A stretch of 64,000 nt of DNA, taken from positions 160,001-224,000 of IMG/VR virus record IMGVR_UViG_3300014205_000170, one strand, 5' to 3'. Both the position numbers and the translations under genes were made by a program. Under the pieces are notes generated by a model, which did no database searches, had not been told where the DNA came from, and saw nothing but the letters and a program-made list of their open reading frames with translations. Source of the DNA: a virus. Taxonomy: Duplodnaviria > Caudoviricetes. Of this stretch, positions 50,917 through 61,469 are shown in pieces; positions within the stretch are counted from its first letter, which is position 1; the number at the start of each line of letters is the position of its first letter.

Positions 50917-52130
50917 AAAATAGTTTCTTGTGAACTTGTATTTTCATACCCAAAAATTCTTTTAAATCTCTCGATATCCTCTGGTTTACCAGTGGCTTTA
51001 TTTAGGTTATCTGAAAGCTTTACAGTACCCATTCCATTGGCCTCAGTTGCCTTCATTACAATTGATAATGGTTTATATCCACAATCATTTGTAAGTTCCG
51101 TACCCCAACCGGCTACTGTCTTAATGTCTTGTCCAAAGTCTAAAGTCAATCCAATCACATCATCCGTCTTTAAACCATCACTTGGAATAAATGATTTTTC
51201 TTGAGTGTTTATATTCAATTTTTGATAAAAATTTAATTGTGTTTTAGCAAATTCTTTTGCTGAACCTGAGTCTTGTCTTAAACCAATCCATTTATGAGCA
51301 CGTTCTTCTCCAAAATCTTCAAAGAAAAATTTAGAACCATAAGTATCAGTTAAAGCTATAGAAAATTTTTCTCCCAAAAGGTCAAACCACATATCTAAAA
51401 TTTTACCATGTGACGAACGAATATCGTCATCAGAATCTCCAAAAAGCCTTGCTCCTACCATCGTAAGTTCATGCGCAGTTGTTCCTATTGGCTTTAATCC
51501 TAATTCTTTTGCTAGTAATACATTTGAAGTACCAACCAATTGTTCTGGTAATTCTTTTTGCAAAGTTTCCAAAACAATTTTCTGCCATTCAAACGAAAAT
51601 CTTCTTCTTGTTCCAAATTCGCTAAATCTTACTTGAGGATAATTTTTTAGTCTTTGAATTTTCTCAACCAATTTTTCTTTTCCAATTACTTCATGGTCCT
51701 TTCCAGTTAAAAAATCCATGTCTTTATAAAACATACAATTTACCGAACTTAATACCATTGTTTCCCACCAGATTGTGTTTTTCCAAAGACCTTCTGTAGA
51801 TATTTTTAATTCATCATTTTCTATTTTTACTTCAACTTTTGGTAAAGAAACTAAAGCTAAAAATCTAATGAATTCTTCTGGGAATACGTTTAAAGATGAT
51901 ATATATGCAAGTTCGTCCTCTTCGTATTTATATGCGCGTCTTATTTGAAATAATTCATAATTAATAGTTTTCTCTAAATGAACTAAAGAAACTCCTTTAG
52001 TTCTGTTTTTAAATTCATACTTTACATGAACATCCGGAAAATATTTCCAAACAAAATATGCCATTGTAAATTTATAAAAATCCACATCCAATGGAGATTT
52101 AATAGATAAATTTTGCATGTATGAATTCAT
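50913..52130 (-). CDS. pncB: Nicotinate phosphoribosyltransferase
   Basis: LDVDFYKFTM, SEFGTRRRFS, GTSNV, GTTAHE, ALTDT, RQDSG, SDGL, GWGT.LTND, VKLSDN..KATG. Confidence 0.93.
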   Translation of the reverse strand: MNSYMQNLSIKSPLDVDFYKFTMAYFVWKYFPDVHVKYEFKNRTKGVSLVHLEKTINYELFQIRRAYKYEEDELAYISSLNVFPEEFIRFLALVSLPKVEVKIENDELKISTEGLWKNTIWWETMVLSSVNCMFYKDMDFLTGKDHEVIGKEKLVEKIQRLKNYPQVRFSEFGTRRRFSFEWQKIVLETLQKELPEQLVGTSNVLLAKELGLKPIGTTAHELTMVGARLFGDSDDDIRSSHGKILDMWFDLLGEKFSIALTDTYGSKFFFEDFGEERAHKWIGLRQDSGSAKEFAKTQLNFYQKLNINTQEKSFIPSDGLKTDDVIGLTLDFGQDIKTVAGWGTELTNDCGYKPLSIVMKATEANGMGTVKLSDNLNKATGKPEDIERFKRIFGYENTSSQETIF

Positions 52131-52134
52131 AAAC

Positions 52135-52416
52135 TTATTTTATTAATTGTAATAAATCATTAGAATAGTGAATGCCAATAACAGTTCCAACAACACTTCC
52201 TAGTGAATAACCCAACCATTGATGTATTGTATCGTCAGATGTAGCAATCTTTTTAATTAACACAAAGTTCGCTGATGCAAATATAAAATCGCTACTCGCA
52301 GCTAATAAAATATTTCCATGAGCCACTGCTCTTAAGTTAATACAAATTATTCCATAAGAAAATATTTGTACTACAAACATGATTAAAAATTCCTTTATTT
52401 TTTTGTGTTTTATCAT
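52135..52416 (-). CDS. Small membrane protein (DUF5698-like)
   Basis: 3 TM segments; GYSLGSVVGTVIG; similar to 29402..29677. Confidence 0.6.
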   Translation of the reverse strand: MIKHKKIKEFLIMFVVQIFSYGIICINLRAVAHGNILLAASSDFIFASANFVLIKKIATSDDTIHQWLGYSLGSVVGTVIGIHYSNDLLQLIK

Positions 52417-52910
52417 GTTGTTTTTTCAAAATGACGACAGTATTTAATGTCTGTCCATTTAGCGACAAAGTGTCTTTCTTCTTCTTTTATATAATTTTCT
52501 TTTTCAACCAAAGTAGTCCTAGTTGGAGTATCATATACGATTCTTTCTAAATAAATCCTCGGATAATACCCACTTTGAAAAGTTGCTTTCCAAATTTTGC
52601 CATTATGAAAGATAGCAGCAACTCTTGCCTGTACTGCATGTTCGGTATTAAACCAATCAATTTGTTTATCAGTAGTTGTGTATTTAGCTCCATTATATTC
52701 CCATTGAAAATGTCTTGAAATAAAAAACGAATTTTCCATTCGTTTCCAAACATTCAATCTAATAGATTTTAAATTAATTATTTTGGAAATATTAGTTTTA
52801 TAATCCAAATAACTAACTTCGTTTTTCTCAATTTTAGTAATACGTTTTAGCTTGTGATTTATTTTAAAATAACAATCATCATTCTTTCTATATACTACAT
52901 TTGATTTCAA
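52413..52910 (-). CDS. Hypothetical protein
   Basis: 165 aa ORF; start uncertain. Confidence 0.55.
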   Translation of the reverse strand: MKSNVVYRKNDDCYFKINHKLKRITKIEKNEVSYLDYKTNISKIINLKSIRLNVWKRMENSFFISRHFQWEYNGAKYTTTDKQIDWFNTEHAVQARVAAIFHNGKIWKATFQSGYYPRIYLERIVYDTPTRTTLVEKENYIKEEERHFVAKWTDIKYCRHFEKTT

Positions 52911-53504
52911 TTATTGGCTATCTAAAAACTTCTTTTCTCCTGCTGTTAAACCCTCCATGCCTACTTTACCAATTTTCTCCAAAACAGCGTCAAGGTCATA
53001 TTCAAACTCTCCTTCTTCCTCTTCTTCTTTATTGAAAGCTTCAAAGCCACTATCTGTCACTTCAAGGTTTTCAATCATCTGTTGTGTTTCTTTTTCTCTT
53101 TCTTCCGGAGATAATTTCGAAATACGATTTCTTTCTTGTTCGTCTTCTTTAAATTGTTTTGCAATAACGTCTGAAAATTTATCAACGAATAATCTAGGCT
53201 TATCGGCTAAGGTAAAATACCTTCTTGTATTTCCAACTGATACTGCTAAACTTAAACCAATAACTGCGTTTAATTGTTTTTGAATTTTTTCATGAGAACT
53301 TTTCTTTTCAGAATCAAAAACTTCATCTAGCATTTCATGCGGTTGTAATCCTTGGGCGGACAAACCAAATGAATAATACCACTCATAATCTTCCGGACGC
53401 TTATGTTTTTCCTTAGATTTTGACGCTTTAATTTTCTCTACCAGAGTATCAATCAACTCTTTATGATATACTTTTACTTCTTCGAAACTTATCCTGATTT
53501 CCAT
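52911..53504 (-). CDS. Hypothetical protein with a C-terminal DUF6576-like helical motif
   Basis: LDAVLEKIGKVGMEGLTAGEKKFL. Confidence 0.7.
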   Translation of the reverse strand: MEIRISFEEVKVYHKELIDTLVEKIKASKSKEKHKRPEDYEWYYSFGLSAQGLQPHEMLDEVFDSEKKSSHEKIQKQLNAVIGLSLAVSVGNTRRYFTLADKPRLFVDKFSDVIAKQFKEDEQERNRISKLSPEEREKETQQMIENLEVTDSGFEAFNKEEEEEGEFEYDLDAVLEKIGKVGMEGLTAGEKKFLDSQ

Positions 53505-53523
53505 AATAATAGTCCTTTACAAC

Positions 53524-53552
53524 TTTAACGATTTTTTATTCTTTTTGTTACT
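53524..53552 (-). promoter_or_regulatory. ECF-type promoter AGTAAC-N16-CGTTAAA
   Basis: Exact 16-nt spacer; heads the unit ending in pncB. Confidence 0.7.
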
Positions 53553-53566
53553 TTTTTATAGACTTT

Positions 53567-55000
53567 TCAATTATCAAATAGCATAAAGTACAATTCATCT
53601 TTAGCTCTACTTACTGCCACATAATGTACATTTTTAGCCTCATAATCATTGGCATCGTCTGGGTCATATGAAACTTGTGCTAAATATTCTTTAGGAATTT
53701 GTAAGTTGTTCTCCTGCAATATGTCAGGTGCTATTGAATTAACAATTACACAAATTGGATACTCTAAACCCTTGGCTTTGTGTATGGTACGAATATGTGA
53801 TTGATTATCTTTATTCGCTTTTATAAATTCAATAACTTCATCAGCATTAGTAAAATGAGATAATAAATCCTTCATTTTATTTCTAGTGGTAACACGTTCC
53901 CTGGCTTTGATTATGTCCTCTATTTCAGCAGCTTTTAAATAATTTTCATAGCGAATAGGAACCTTTAAAATCATTAACCTTTTTTCAAGTTCTCGTATAA
54001 CTGAATTTGTCCTAACCAACACCGCAACATATGGGTTTTGTTTTAATATTTCAACTAAATGTTCAAATAGGATTATTTTTTTATGAACTTTACCGTCTTC
54101 TTTATGAAAAGGAATGGCTTGTAAGTGCGAATGTTTATTTGAATTCTCTACAATAGCTTTAGCACTTCTGAAATTGGTAGAAAGGTTCAATTCCACCGTG
54201 TCTCTACGACGTTTTAACATAGCTTCTATGGCATCACAATTAGCTCCGCTATATCCATAGATACTTTGACTCTTATCGCCCATTAAATAGTAAAACTTTG
54301 CATTTAGACTTAAAAGTATTTGCATTTGTATACTACTGGTATCTTGATACTCATCAATAAAAATATAATCATATTGATTTCTAAACATCCTAAGCCATTT
54401 GTCTTCTTTTAGAGATTCCCTTACTAAAATAAGCATATCCGAGAAATCAATGGATTTGGTTTGTTTTTGAAATGTTTGATATTCTTTTAAATAATCCGGA
54501 ACCTTACATTTGATATTGTCTGCTGTCTGTAATTTAAAGGCTGAAATTTCTGCACTTACATATTCTGCAGTATCATATAATTTTTCAACATCATAATAGA
54601 ATTGTTGAATGTCTCTTTGAGGTGCACTTGATTTAGGTTTATGATGTTCTTTAAACCAATCTATAAAATCATAGAATGTTACAATCTTTCTCATCTTCTT
54701 CATTCTTCCTAACAAATGAGTACAAAAAGAATGGATAGTAGTAATTTTAATTTTATCATTATCTACACGTCTTTTCAACTCTTCTACTGCTGCTACTGTA
54801 AAAGAAAAGAAAATGATTTTTGAAGGGTCTACTCCACTTTCAAGCATAAACTTCAGTTTTTCAACAGCAGAAAAAGTCTTACCTGACCCTGCGCAAGCAC
54901 TCAAAATAATAGATTTTGAATTAACTCCTTTTACTGGATATTCTATAAAGGCAAGTTGCTGTTCGGTCTTACCTTGATTTTTTTTTTCAATATTAGTCAT
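53567..55000 (-). CDS. UvrD/Rep-like SF1 helicase, compact
   Basis: ACAGSGKT, TIHSF, IDEYQD, GDKSQSIYGY, NFRS, TIHKAKGLEY, YVAVSRAK. Confidence 0.93.
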   Translation of the reverse strand: MTNIEKKNQGKTEQQLAFIEYPVKGVNSKSIILSACAGSGKTFSAVEKLKFMLESGVDPSKIIFFSFTVAAVEELKRRVDNDKIKITTIHSFCTHLLGRMKKMRKIVTFYDFIDWFKEHHKPKSSAPQRDIQQFYYDVEKLYDTAEYVSAEISAFKLQTADNIKCKVPDYLKEYQTFQKQTKSIDFSDMLILVRESLKEDKWLRMFRNQYDYIFIDEYQDTSSIQMQILLSLNAKFYYLMGDKSQSIYGYSGANCDAIEAMLKRRRDTVELNLSTNFRSAKAIVENSNKHSHLQAIPFHKEDGKVHKKIILFEHLVEILKQNPYVAVLVRTNSVIRELEKRLMILKVPIRYENYLKAAEIEDIIKARERVTTRNKMKDLLSHFTNADEVIEFIKANKDNQSHIRTIHKAKGLEYPICVIVNSIAPDILQENNLQIPKEYLAQVSYDPDDANDYEAKNVHYVAVSRAKDELYFMLFDN

Positions 55001-55805
55001 TTTTTATTATGGAAGAAACAGGGTTTGTATTAACATTAGATACAAAAACATTAACGTTAGAGTGACAACATTTTTTTAAATTATCAGAAATTACCTGTCC
55101 AGCATGTTTCTCTGATTCGTAGTGTCCTATATCAACTAATATAATATCCTTTTCATCAAAAAAAGTATGATACGTAATGTCAGCAGTAATTAACATATGG
55201 GCATGCATCTTTTTAGCTTGTGATGCCATAAAAGAAGCTGTACCAGTACAAATAGCAATAGTGTCTATCAGAGAAGAATTAAATCCCTTTGAAAAATTAA
55301 TTGGTCCTGATATTTCTAATTTTTTTTGTATAGAATAAATAAAATCAATAACATATTCTTTTTTAGGAAGAACTCCAACAGCTCCAGCTCCTAAAGAATA
55401 AGTTGTATCATTATCTACCATTTTTAATGGTGTAAGATTTTGTAAGCCAAGTTTATCAGCTATTGATTTATTAAGACCCGTTAAAAATACATTATCCAAA
55501 GAAGTATGAGCAGCATAAATAGAAATATTATTTTGTATGGCAAACATAATGATTTTTTCATTATTATTGGTTGAAAGTAAAGTCTTTAAGCCTCTAAAAA
55601 TAATTGGATGATGCGCAACAATAACATTACATTGTTTTTCAATAGCCTCTTCAACTACTTTTAAATTAATATCTAAAGTAGTTAAAATATTTGTAATATC
55701 ATTTTCTGGATTACCAACAATAAGACCACAATTATCATAACTTTCTTGAATTCTTTTTGGTGCCACAGCATGTTCAATAGCTGTAACTAATTCTTTAATT
55801 TTCAT
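54993..55805 (-). CDS. Nif3/YbgI dinuclear metal protein
   Basis: YDNCGL, AHHPIIF, AAHTSLD, ITADITYH, DIGHYESE. Confidence 0.92.
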   Translation of the reverse strand: MKIKELVTAIEHAVAPKRIQESYDNCGLIVGNPENDITNILTTLDINLKVVEEAIEKQCNVIVAHHPIIFRGLKTLLSTNNNEKIIMFAIQNNISIYAAHTSLDNVFLTGLNKSIADKLGLQNLTPLKMVDNDTTYSLGAGAVGVLPKKEYVIDFIYSIQKKLEISGPINFSKGFNSSLIDTIAICTGTASFMASQAKKMHAHMLITADITYHTFFDEKDIILVDIGHYESEKHAGQVISDNLKKCCHSNVNVFVSNVNTNPVSSIIKND

Positions 55806-56169
55806 ATTTTTTTTTCTTTAATTTAATTTTCTCTATAAATACTTTTTTCTTAAACGCATAACTGGTATCAAGTTCAAAATATGGCTTTTCTATAAACCTT
55901 TCTAAGTATGCTAGTGGGTTACTATACATAGCCATTTCTCCAAGATATGAAATAATTTCTGACTTTTTCTTACAATCAAAAAACTGCTTTACAAATTCTT
56001 TTGATAAAATAACATTTCTAATTCTCAAAGTATTGATTCCCCAAGAAATAGATTGTATTTTATTAATTTCAGATTGTAAAGAATCATTTAATTTCTCAAT
56101 GACTTTTTCCAACAAAGCTTCTTCTTTCCATTGTCTTTTACCAGTCAATCTATTTACTTGTCTACTCAC
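55795..56169 (-). CDS. Hypothetical protein with a KxVhhEK motif
   Basis: KKVFIEK. Confidence 0.55.
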   Translation of the reverse strand: MSRQVNRLTGKRQWKEEALLEKVIEKLNDSLQSEINKIQSISWGINTLRIRNVILSKEFVKQFFDCKKKSEIISYLGEMAMYSNPLAYLERFIEKPYFELDTSYAFKKKVFIEKIKLKKKKYEN

Positions 56170-56173
56170 TGAA

Positions 56174-56614
56174 TTATTTTTGTCTTATCTGCGAAAAATC
56201 CCTAAGAAATCTTGGTGTTAAAAACGTTTTTTCTATTAAAATATTTCGAGTTTCATCCTCTGCTTTTTTTACTAAAACCTTATGTAACAAAGCTTTATCT
56301 CTTTCAAGTTTTTCTTTTTTTAATTGATTGGTTTTCTCTCTTAAATGTTTTAAAAATAATTTATGCAAAGAATGATATTCTTTTGAATTTACACTCACTT
56401 CAATTGAATTGAAGGTTAAAAAAAAATCTCCATCACAATTACATAAAAGCATTTCACAATCATTGCCACGAAATTTAATTGTATTCATTCGGTCATCAAC
56501 ATCAAATTGAATTCGAGGACAATCTAATCCTTTATTAAAATGATAATCAAGAGTCAAACTTGTAATATCCTTTAGTTTTGTTTCAAATAAATCTATAAGT
56601 GCTCTTTTATTCAT
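56174..56614 (-). CDS. Hypothetical protein, paralog family A
   Basis: LIDLFE...FFLTFNS...EY; RNILIEK. Confidence 0.65.
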   Translation of the reverse strand: MNKRALIDLFETKLKDITSLTLDYHFNKGLDCPRIQFDVDDRMNTIKFRGNDCEMLLCNCDGDFFLTFNSIEVSVNSKEYHSLHKLFLKHLREKTNQLKKEKLERDKALLHKVLVKKAEDETRNILIEKTFLTPRFLRDFSQIRQK

Positions 56615-57056
56615 CTGCTTGTTTTTCTAATAAAATACCTCTTTTCTCTTTATTAACCTTTTGAGAAAAAATTAGGTTTAATAGTTTTTCATCATTTGTA
56701 ACAAGGTCTTTTTTTTCTTCTTCTGAAACGATATTTTGTTTGTTACAATACTTTTGCATCAAAGACCAATATTCTTCTGATGTGAGTTTATAACGAAAAG
56801 AATTGAAACCGATAAAAAAAGAATCTAAAACACCAACAACATACAAAGAAGCTCTTTCATAATTATCATACTCTTCTTGTACTCCATCCTCATTTATTTC
56901 CGGCACTTTAATTGTAATTTCAATTTCAAATCCAGGCAAATCACCAGAATAATTTTCAATTGAATGTTTTAAATAACAACTAGTAGGCGTGCCAACTTCA
57001 CATTGTTCTTCAAATAAATTTATTAAAAAGTCTTTTCTATCCATTTGATTTTTCAA
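56607..57056 (-). CDS. Hypothetical protein, paralog family A
   Basis: LINLFE...FFIGFNS...EEY; RGILLEK. Confidence 0.65.
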   Translation of the reverse strand: MKNQMDRKDFLINLFEEQCEVGTPTSCYLKHSIENYSGDLPGFEIEITIKVPEINEDGVQEEYDNYERASLYVVGVLDSFFIGFNSFRYKLTSEEYWSLMQKYCNKQNIVSEEEKKDLVTNDEKLLNLIFSQKVNKEKRGILLEKQADE

Positions 57057-57408
57057 TTAAAGGTTTTCTAATCTCTCTTTTATTTTTTTCAGCAATATAA
57101 AATGCTAAATCTTCACAATCGTTATTGTGCTCTCTAATACGTTTTTCTTTTAAAATAGTCTCTACTTTAGGTTTTATCATTTCATATATAACTTGATATT
57201 CTTCTTGTAAAATAGGTATTTGAATAGTATTAAACTTAACGAAAGAGTTATATTGATAACCAGAAATGGTTATGATATGTTTATGCTCAGTACCTAAGTA
57301 AACAGAAAAAAATTTATCAGAAATATGCAAACGAGCTTCTTCTGCTATAAGAAATTCACTTTGAAACAATTCCATTAAAACTTTTTTATCTACTTTTTCT
57401 AGTTCCAT
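57037..57408 (-). CDS. Hypothetical protein, paralog family A
   Basis: LMELFQ...FVKFNT...EEY; RKPLIEK. Confidence 0.65.
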   Translation of the reverse strand: MELEKVDKKVLMELFQSEFLIAEEARLHISDKFFSVYLGTEHKHIITISGYQYNSFVKFNTIQIPILQEEYQVIYEMIKPKVETILKEKRIREHNNDCEDLAFYIAEKNKREIRKPLIEKSNG

Positions 57409-60400
57409 TATGAATAAACAAATTGTGATATACCAGCTTCTGCATTTGATAATATATCGGGGTCAGTAATTCCTTGTTTGGTTTTTTGTACTTCAATAAT
57501 ATTATCCACAAAATCTCTTACTTCACTCTTATGAGTAACAATAAAAATGTTTTTGTATTTCGTTTTTAAATAATTAAATACTCCGCTTAATTCCATTAAT
57601 TTTCTATTATCTAAAGTATCAAATCCTTCATCAATTACCTTAAGAGATGGTTTAATTAAAACGCTCACATAATGTAGAGCATCACTTATAGCAGTGCTGG
57701 TAATAAACTTAACAGAACCTGACCCCATATTTAAAGGTAATGTATCAGTCTTATTTTCACTAAAGTAAAATATTTCTTTCACATCGCCATTTGGCTTAAC
57801 ATACATTTCTACCTTAAATGCAACCATTCCTTTTAAAAGACTGTTGATTTTATGATTAATAAAAGGTACTTTCTTTTTAATAATCATAGCCGGAATACCA
57901 TCTTTGCCAACCGCTTGCAAATACACTGAATATTTTTTATAAATCCTATCTGTTTCTCTTATCGAATTTAATTTTTCAGTTAAAGTTTCAATGTTGTTTT
58001 TCCAGGCCCCAATATTACCTGAACTTTCTTTTATTTTAGAATCTACTTGTAAATTTAAAGTCTTATATACTTTAATCTCTTCGTGTAAATTTTGAATAAC
58101 ATTATTAATGGCATCATTCTCAATGATGAACTCTTTGTTTTTTTCTAAAACAACAATTTGTTCTTCTAATTGTTTAATAGTTTTAGCTTTCTCTTCATTA
58201 AGTAATTTTAGCGCATTGACTTGACCTACAACTGCATCTACTTTGGAATTTCCAGAAACAATTTCTTGTTTTTGTATATATTTTTCCAACAAATCAATAT
58301 GAGATTGAAAATCTACATTCTCCTTTTCTTTGTTTTCAATTAAGCTTTTAATCTTTTTTATAGCCGTTGCAACTACATCAATAGAATCATTATGTTTTTC
58401 AATTTCTTCTTTTTGGCCACAAAGCTCAAGATTCGCTTTTAACGTTTGAATGTTTTTATGATGAGCTTGAATTGTAACTTTAAGAGAGTTGTATTTATTT
58501 GTTTCCTTATCATGTTTTGCATTATGTTCAATATTGGTTTTAATAACCTCTAAGGCTTTTTGCGCATCCTTTAAAGCCTTATCGCCTCTCTCAAAATCAG
58601 CAATACATTTTTTCTCTAATTCTAAATTTGGCTCATGGCTAACGTGATTGCAGGTAGGACATTTTTCACCTTTTGCTAACTTTATTTTATCGCTTAATCC
58701 AGCTAAAGCAACGCGAAAATCAGCTATTTTAGTCTCTAACTCTTCTTGTCCTTTTACTGGTGCAATAGGATTTGCTTTCAACCATTCTTCAATAGTGACA
58801 TATGAACTTTTTTCAGAATTAAAAATAGTTTTTTCAGAATTTAATTCTTTTTCAACATCAGCCTTAATTAAAGTAGATAAGTGTTCCGGTAAATCTTTTT
58901 TAAAGTTTTTTTCTAACCAAGATTCTTTTTCTAACAATAATTGTTTTTGAGACTCTATAAATTCTTTACCCTTAACAATATTGTCTTTTAAGACAGCAAT
59001 ATTTTTCTCTTTAATATGAGTTACATCTAAAGAGTTTAATTCTTCTGATAATTCTTTCTTAAAATTTGTTTTAAACCAATTTTCGTGTTCTTCTAAAGTT
59101 TTATTGTTATTTGTTAACTCATTTTTAAGAAGACCAATTTTAGTATTAATGACTGTTTCATCTTTTTCAGCCGGTATTTCTATTTTGTGTAATTTCTTTG
59201 TTGATTCTAATATTTTATTATTAAGATTATCAATCTGTTTATTGTTAGCTTCTTTTTCTTCTTGTAATGTTTTCAAAGACTCATTTTCAAGAGTTGTTTT
59301 GTTTTGAAAATCTGTTATTTGAGCATCTAACTCAACTGGGTCACCTAATACTTTTTGCTTAGACTTAATAGTTTTAAAAGTATCATTAGCCACATCATAT
59401 CTATCACGATAAATTTCCAAACCCAAAAATTTATTGATAAGGTCATTTTTTGGTTGTTGTGCAAGACTTAAATAATGCTGTCCATCACTTTGCATAGCAC
59501 AAACCATAAAGTCTTCATATGTTCCAATATAATCTACAATCAGTTTTTTGGTTTCCTTTTTTTCTGTTGCTGCTTCTTCTGATTCAACATCTACCCACTG
59601 TAATTCAGTTTCTCCAGTTAAATCACTTACAACGTTTTTTGCTTTTTTATATTCAATATTATAACTTACCTCAGAAGTACCGTCTTTTTTCTTTTTAACT
59701 GTTGCTGCTCTATAGGCAAAATATCGAGTACCAGCAATAGTGAAATAAATCTTCCCCCATCCTTTTGGATTGTTGGTGTATAAATTTACAATCTTTGCAC
59801 TTTCTAAATCGCCAGGCATTTTACCATAAGCAATCCAACAAAATACTTTCATGAAATTTGATTTACCATTATAGTTGGGACCAAATATTCCGGTAATACC
59901 TTTAAGTCTATCAAAATCAAAGAATGTAGGCTCTACGGAAAAAGAAAGTAGATTACTTACTTCCATACTATTGAATTCAATCCTTTTTCCATGAGTTGGA
60001 TTTTTCTTGACATTCAATTTTTTATCTATCTCCTTGTTTAATTCTATAACATCATCAGTATTCTCGTAATTATTTTGCTTCAAATATTCAACAAGAAGAC
60101 TTTCTGCACTTTCAGCATTATTTACATCAATAACATCAGTGTCTATTTCAGATTCTTGAACTTCTTTATCAATAGTTTGATAATCTACACTTACCGATTC
60201 ACAACCAAATCTATCTTTAATATACTTTTCAATTTGACTTAACTTCTCAACTGAATAGTTTTCTTTATCATCGTGTATGATAACTTCTACTTTAGTTTTC
60301 TTTCTGTTGAGAGAAAATTTCAAATCTTGCAATCTATCTTCCCATAACTCACCTTTAAAAATATTTAATTTACAATAACCATAATCATTAAGAATAAACC

Positions 60401-60536
60401 GACGTTTATGTTCACATGTATTTAAATTCCAAACTAAATAACCCTTTTCAATAGACTCCCCAAAATTCTGCTGGAGAAGGCTGGATGCATAAGCTGCAGA
60501 TTCAATTTTTCTTCTTATTTTTATTTTTTTTGTCAT
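57408..60536 (-). CDS. sbcC: C-terminal piece of a split SbcD-SbcC (Mre11-Rad50) fusion: SbcD C-terminal part plus full SbcC ATPase
   Basis: Begins with SbcD-type AYASSLLQQNFGE..KGY. Walker A GPNYNGKS, zinc hook CPTC, Walker B VIDEGFDTLD, H-loop VTH. Confidence 0.9.
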   Translation of the reverse strand: MTKKIKIRRKIESAAYASSLLQQNFGESIEKGYLVWNLNTCEHKRRFILNDYGYCKLNIFKGELWEDRLQDLKFSLNRKKTKVEVIIHDDKENYSVEKLSQIEKYIKDRFGCESVSVDYQTIDKEVQESEIDTDVIDVNNAESAESLLVEYLKQNNYENTDDVIELNKEIDKKLNVKKNPTHGKRIEFNSMEVSNLLSFSVEPTFFDFDRLKGITGIFGPNYNGKSNFMKVFCWIAYGKMPGDLESAKIVNLYTNNPKGWGKIYFTIAGTRYFAYRAATVKKKKDGTSEVSYNIEYKKAKNVVSDLTGETELQWVDVESEEAATEKKETKKLIVDYIGTYEDFMVCAMQSDGQHYLSLAQQPKNDLINKFLGLEIYRDRYDVANDTFKTIKSKQKVLGDPVELDAQITDFQNKTTLENESLKTLQEEKEANNKQIDNLNNKILESTKKLHKIEIPAEKDETVINTKIGLLKNELTNNNKTLEEHENWFKTNFKKELSEELNSLDVTHIKEKNIAVLKDNIVKGKEFIESQKQLLLEKESWLEKNFKKDLPEHLSTLIKADVEKELNSEKTIFNSEKSSYVTIEEWLKANPIAPVKGQEELETKIADFRVALAGLSDKIKLAKGEKCPTCNHVSHEPNLELEKKCIADFERGDKALKDAQKALEVIKTNIEHNAKHDKETNKYNSLKVTIQAHHKNIQTLKANLELCGQKEEIEKHNDSIDVVATAIKKIKSLIENKEKENVDFQSHIDLLEKYIQKQEIVSGNSKVDAVVGQVNALKLLNEEKAKTIKQLEEQIVVLEKNKEFIIENDAINNVIQNLHEEIKVYKTLNLQVDSKIKESSGNIGAWKNNIETLTEKLNSIRETDRIYKKYSVYLQAVGKDGIPAMIIKKKVPFINHKINSLLKGMVAFKVEMYVKPNGDVKEIFYFSENKTDTLPLNMGSGSVKFITSTAISDALHYVSVLIKPSLKVIDEGFDTLDNRKLMELSGVFNYLKTKYKNIFIVTHKSEVRDFVDNIIEVQKTKQGITDPDILSNAEAGISQFVYS

Positions 60537-61419
60537 ATTGTTTTATCTTATTTAGCAACAAATTTTCAAATTTTTCTTCTTTTATTTCATTTTCCCAAAA
60601 TCTTATTAAATTATATTTTTGTTGTTTAGCTAAATCATTTTTAAATTTATCATTTTTTATATTCATTTTTTGTATTTCATTTAATGATTTGAATATTTTT
60701 GAATTTCCATGCCAATAATCGCCATCAGCTTCAATCAATATATTATTTTTTTCTAAAAAAAAATCATATATTTTATATTCTTTCATATTGAAGAATACAT
60801 AAAAATTCTTCACATATTTTATGTTGTTTTTTTCTAGTATATTTTTAATTATTTTTTCAATATTAGTTTCTTGTGTTTTAAAAAGTTGTATTCTAGCTAA
60901 CTCAAGAGACGATTTTCCATATTTTAAAATTGTTGCTTTTTCTCCTTTTTCTCTTATTTCTTTATTCTTCCAATTGTGGTCTACGCCATATCTGCTCAAA
61001 TTAGTTTCTTTTCTTTTTTGGTTTGAATTATCATCTGTGCCGGGCCAATAACCATTTTTATCTTTAAATTTCTTTTGACCAATTTTTACTCTTTCCTTAT
61101 GTCCATTTTGTTTCCATAACTTTTTTGTTGCTTTAGAACGAATTATTTTTTCATCTTCAGTAATTTTACGTGCAAAACTAGGATTATTTTCTCCAGAATA
61201 TATTTCTTTTTGATGTGTGTCTTTACAATTTCGAGAACAATATTTTTTACCTATTACATTAATTCTATATTCAGTATCTTCAAACATTTCATTACAAAAT
61301 AAACAATTCTTTTTTATTCTTTTTGCTGTTGGTTGTTTATAGCCTTCATATTGACATTCCTCAGAACAATAAACTTTATTGTTAGTTTTTTTATTACAAT
61401 TTTTACATTCTCTTTCCAT
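60502..61419 (-). mobile_element. Inserted endonuclease gene (zinc-finger repeats plus a DUF559/Vsr-like domain)
   Basis: YCSEECQ and YCSRNCK repeats; TNIE...YDF...IEADGDYWH...ND..K...LIRFWE. Lies between the two sbcD pieces. Probable start at MEREC. Confidence 0.8.
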
Positions 61420-61469
61420 AGTTTTGTTGTTTTCAAATAAAAAGTACAACAAAACTTTTAAGAGCACAA

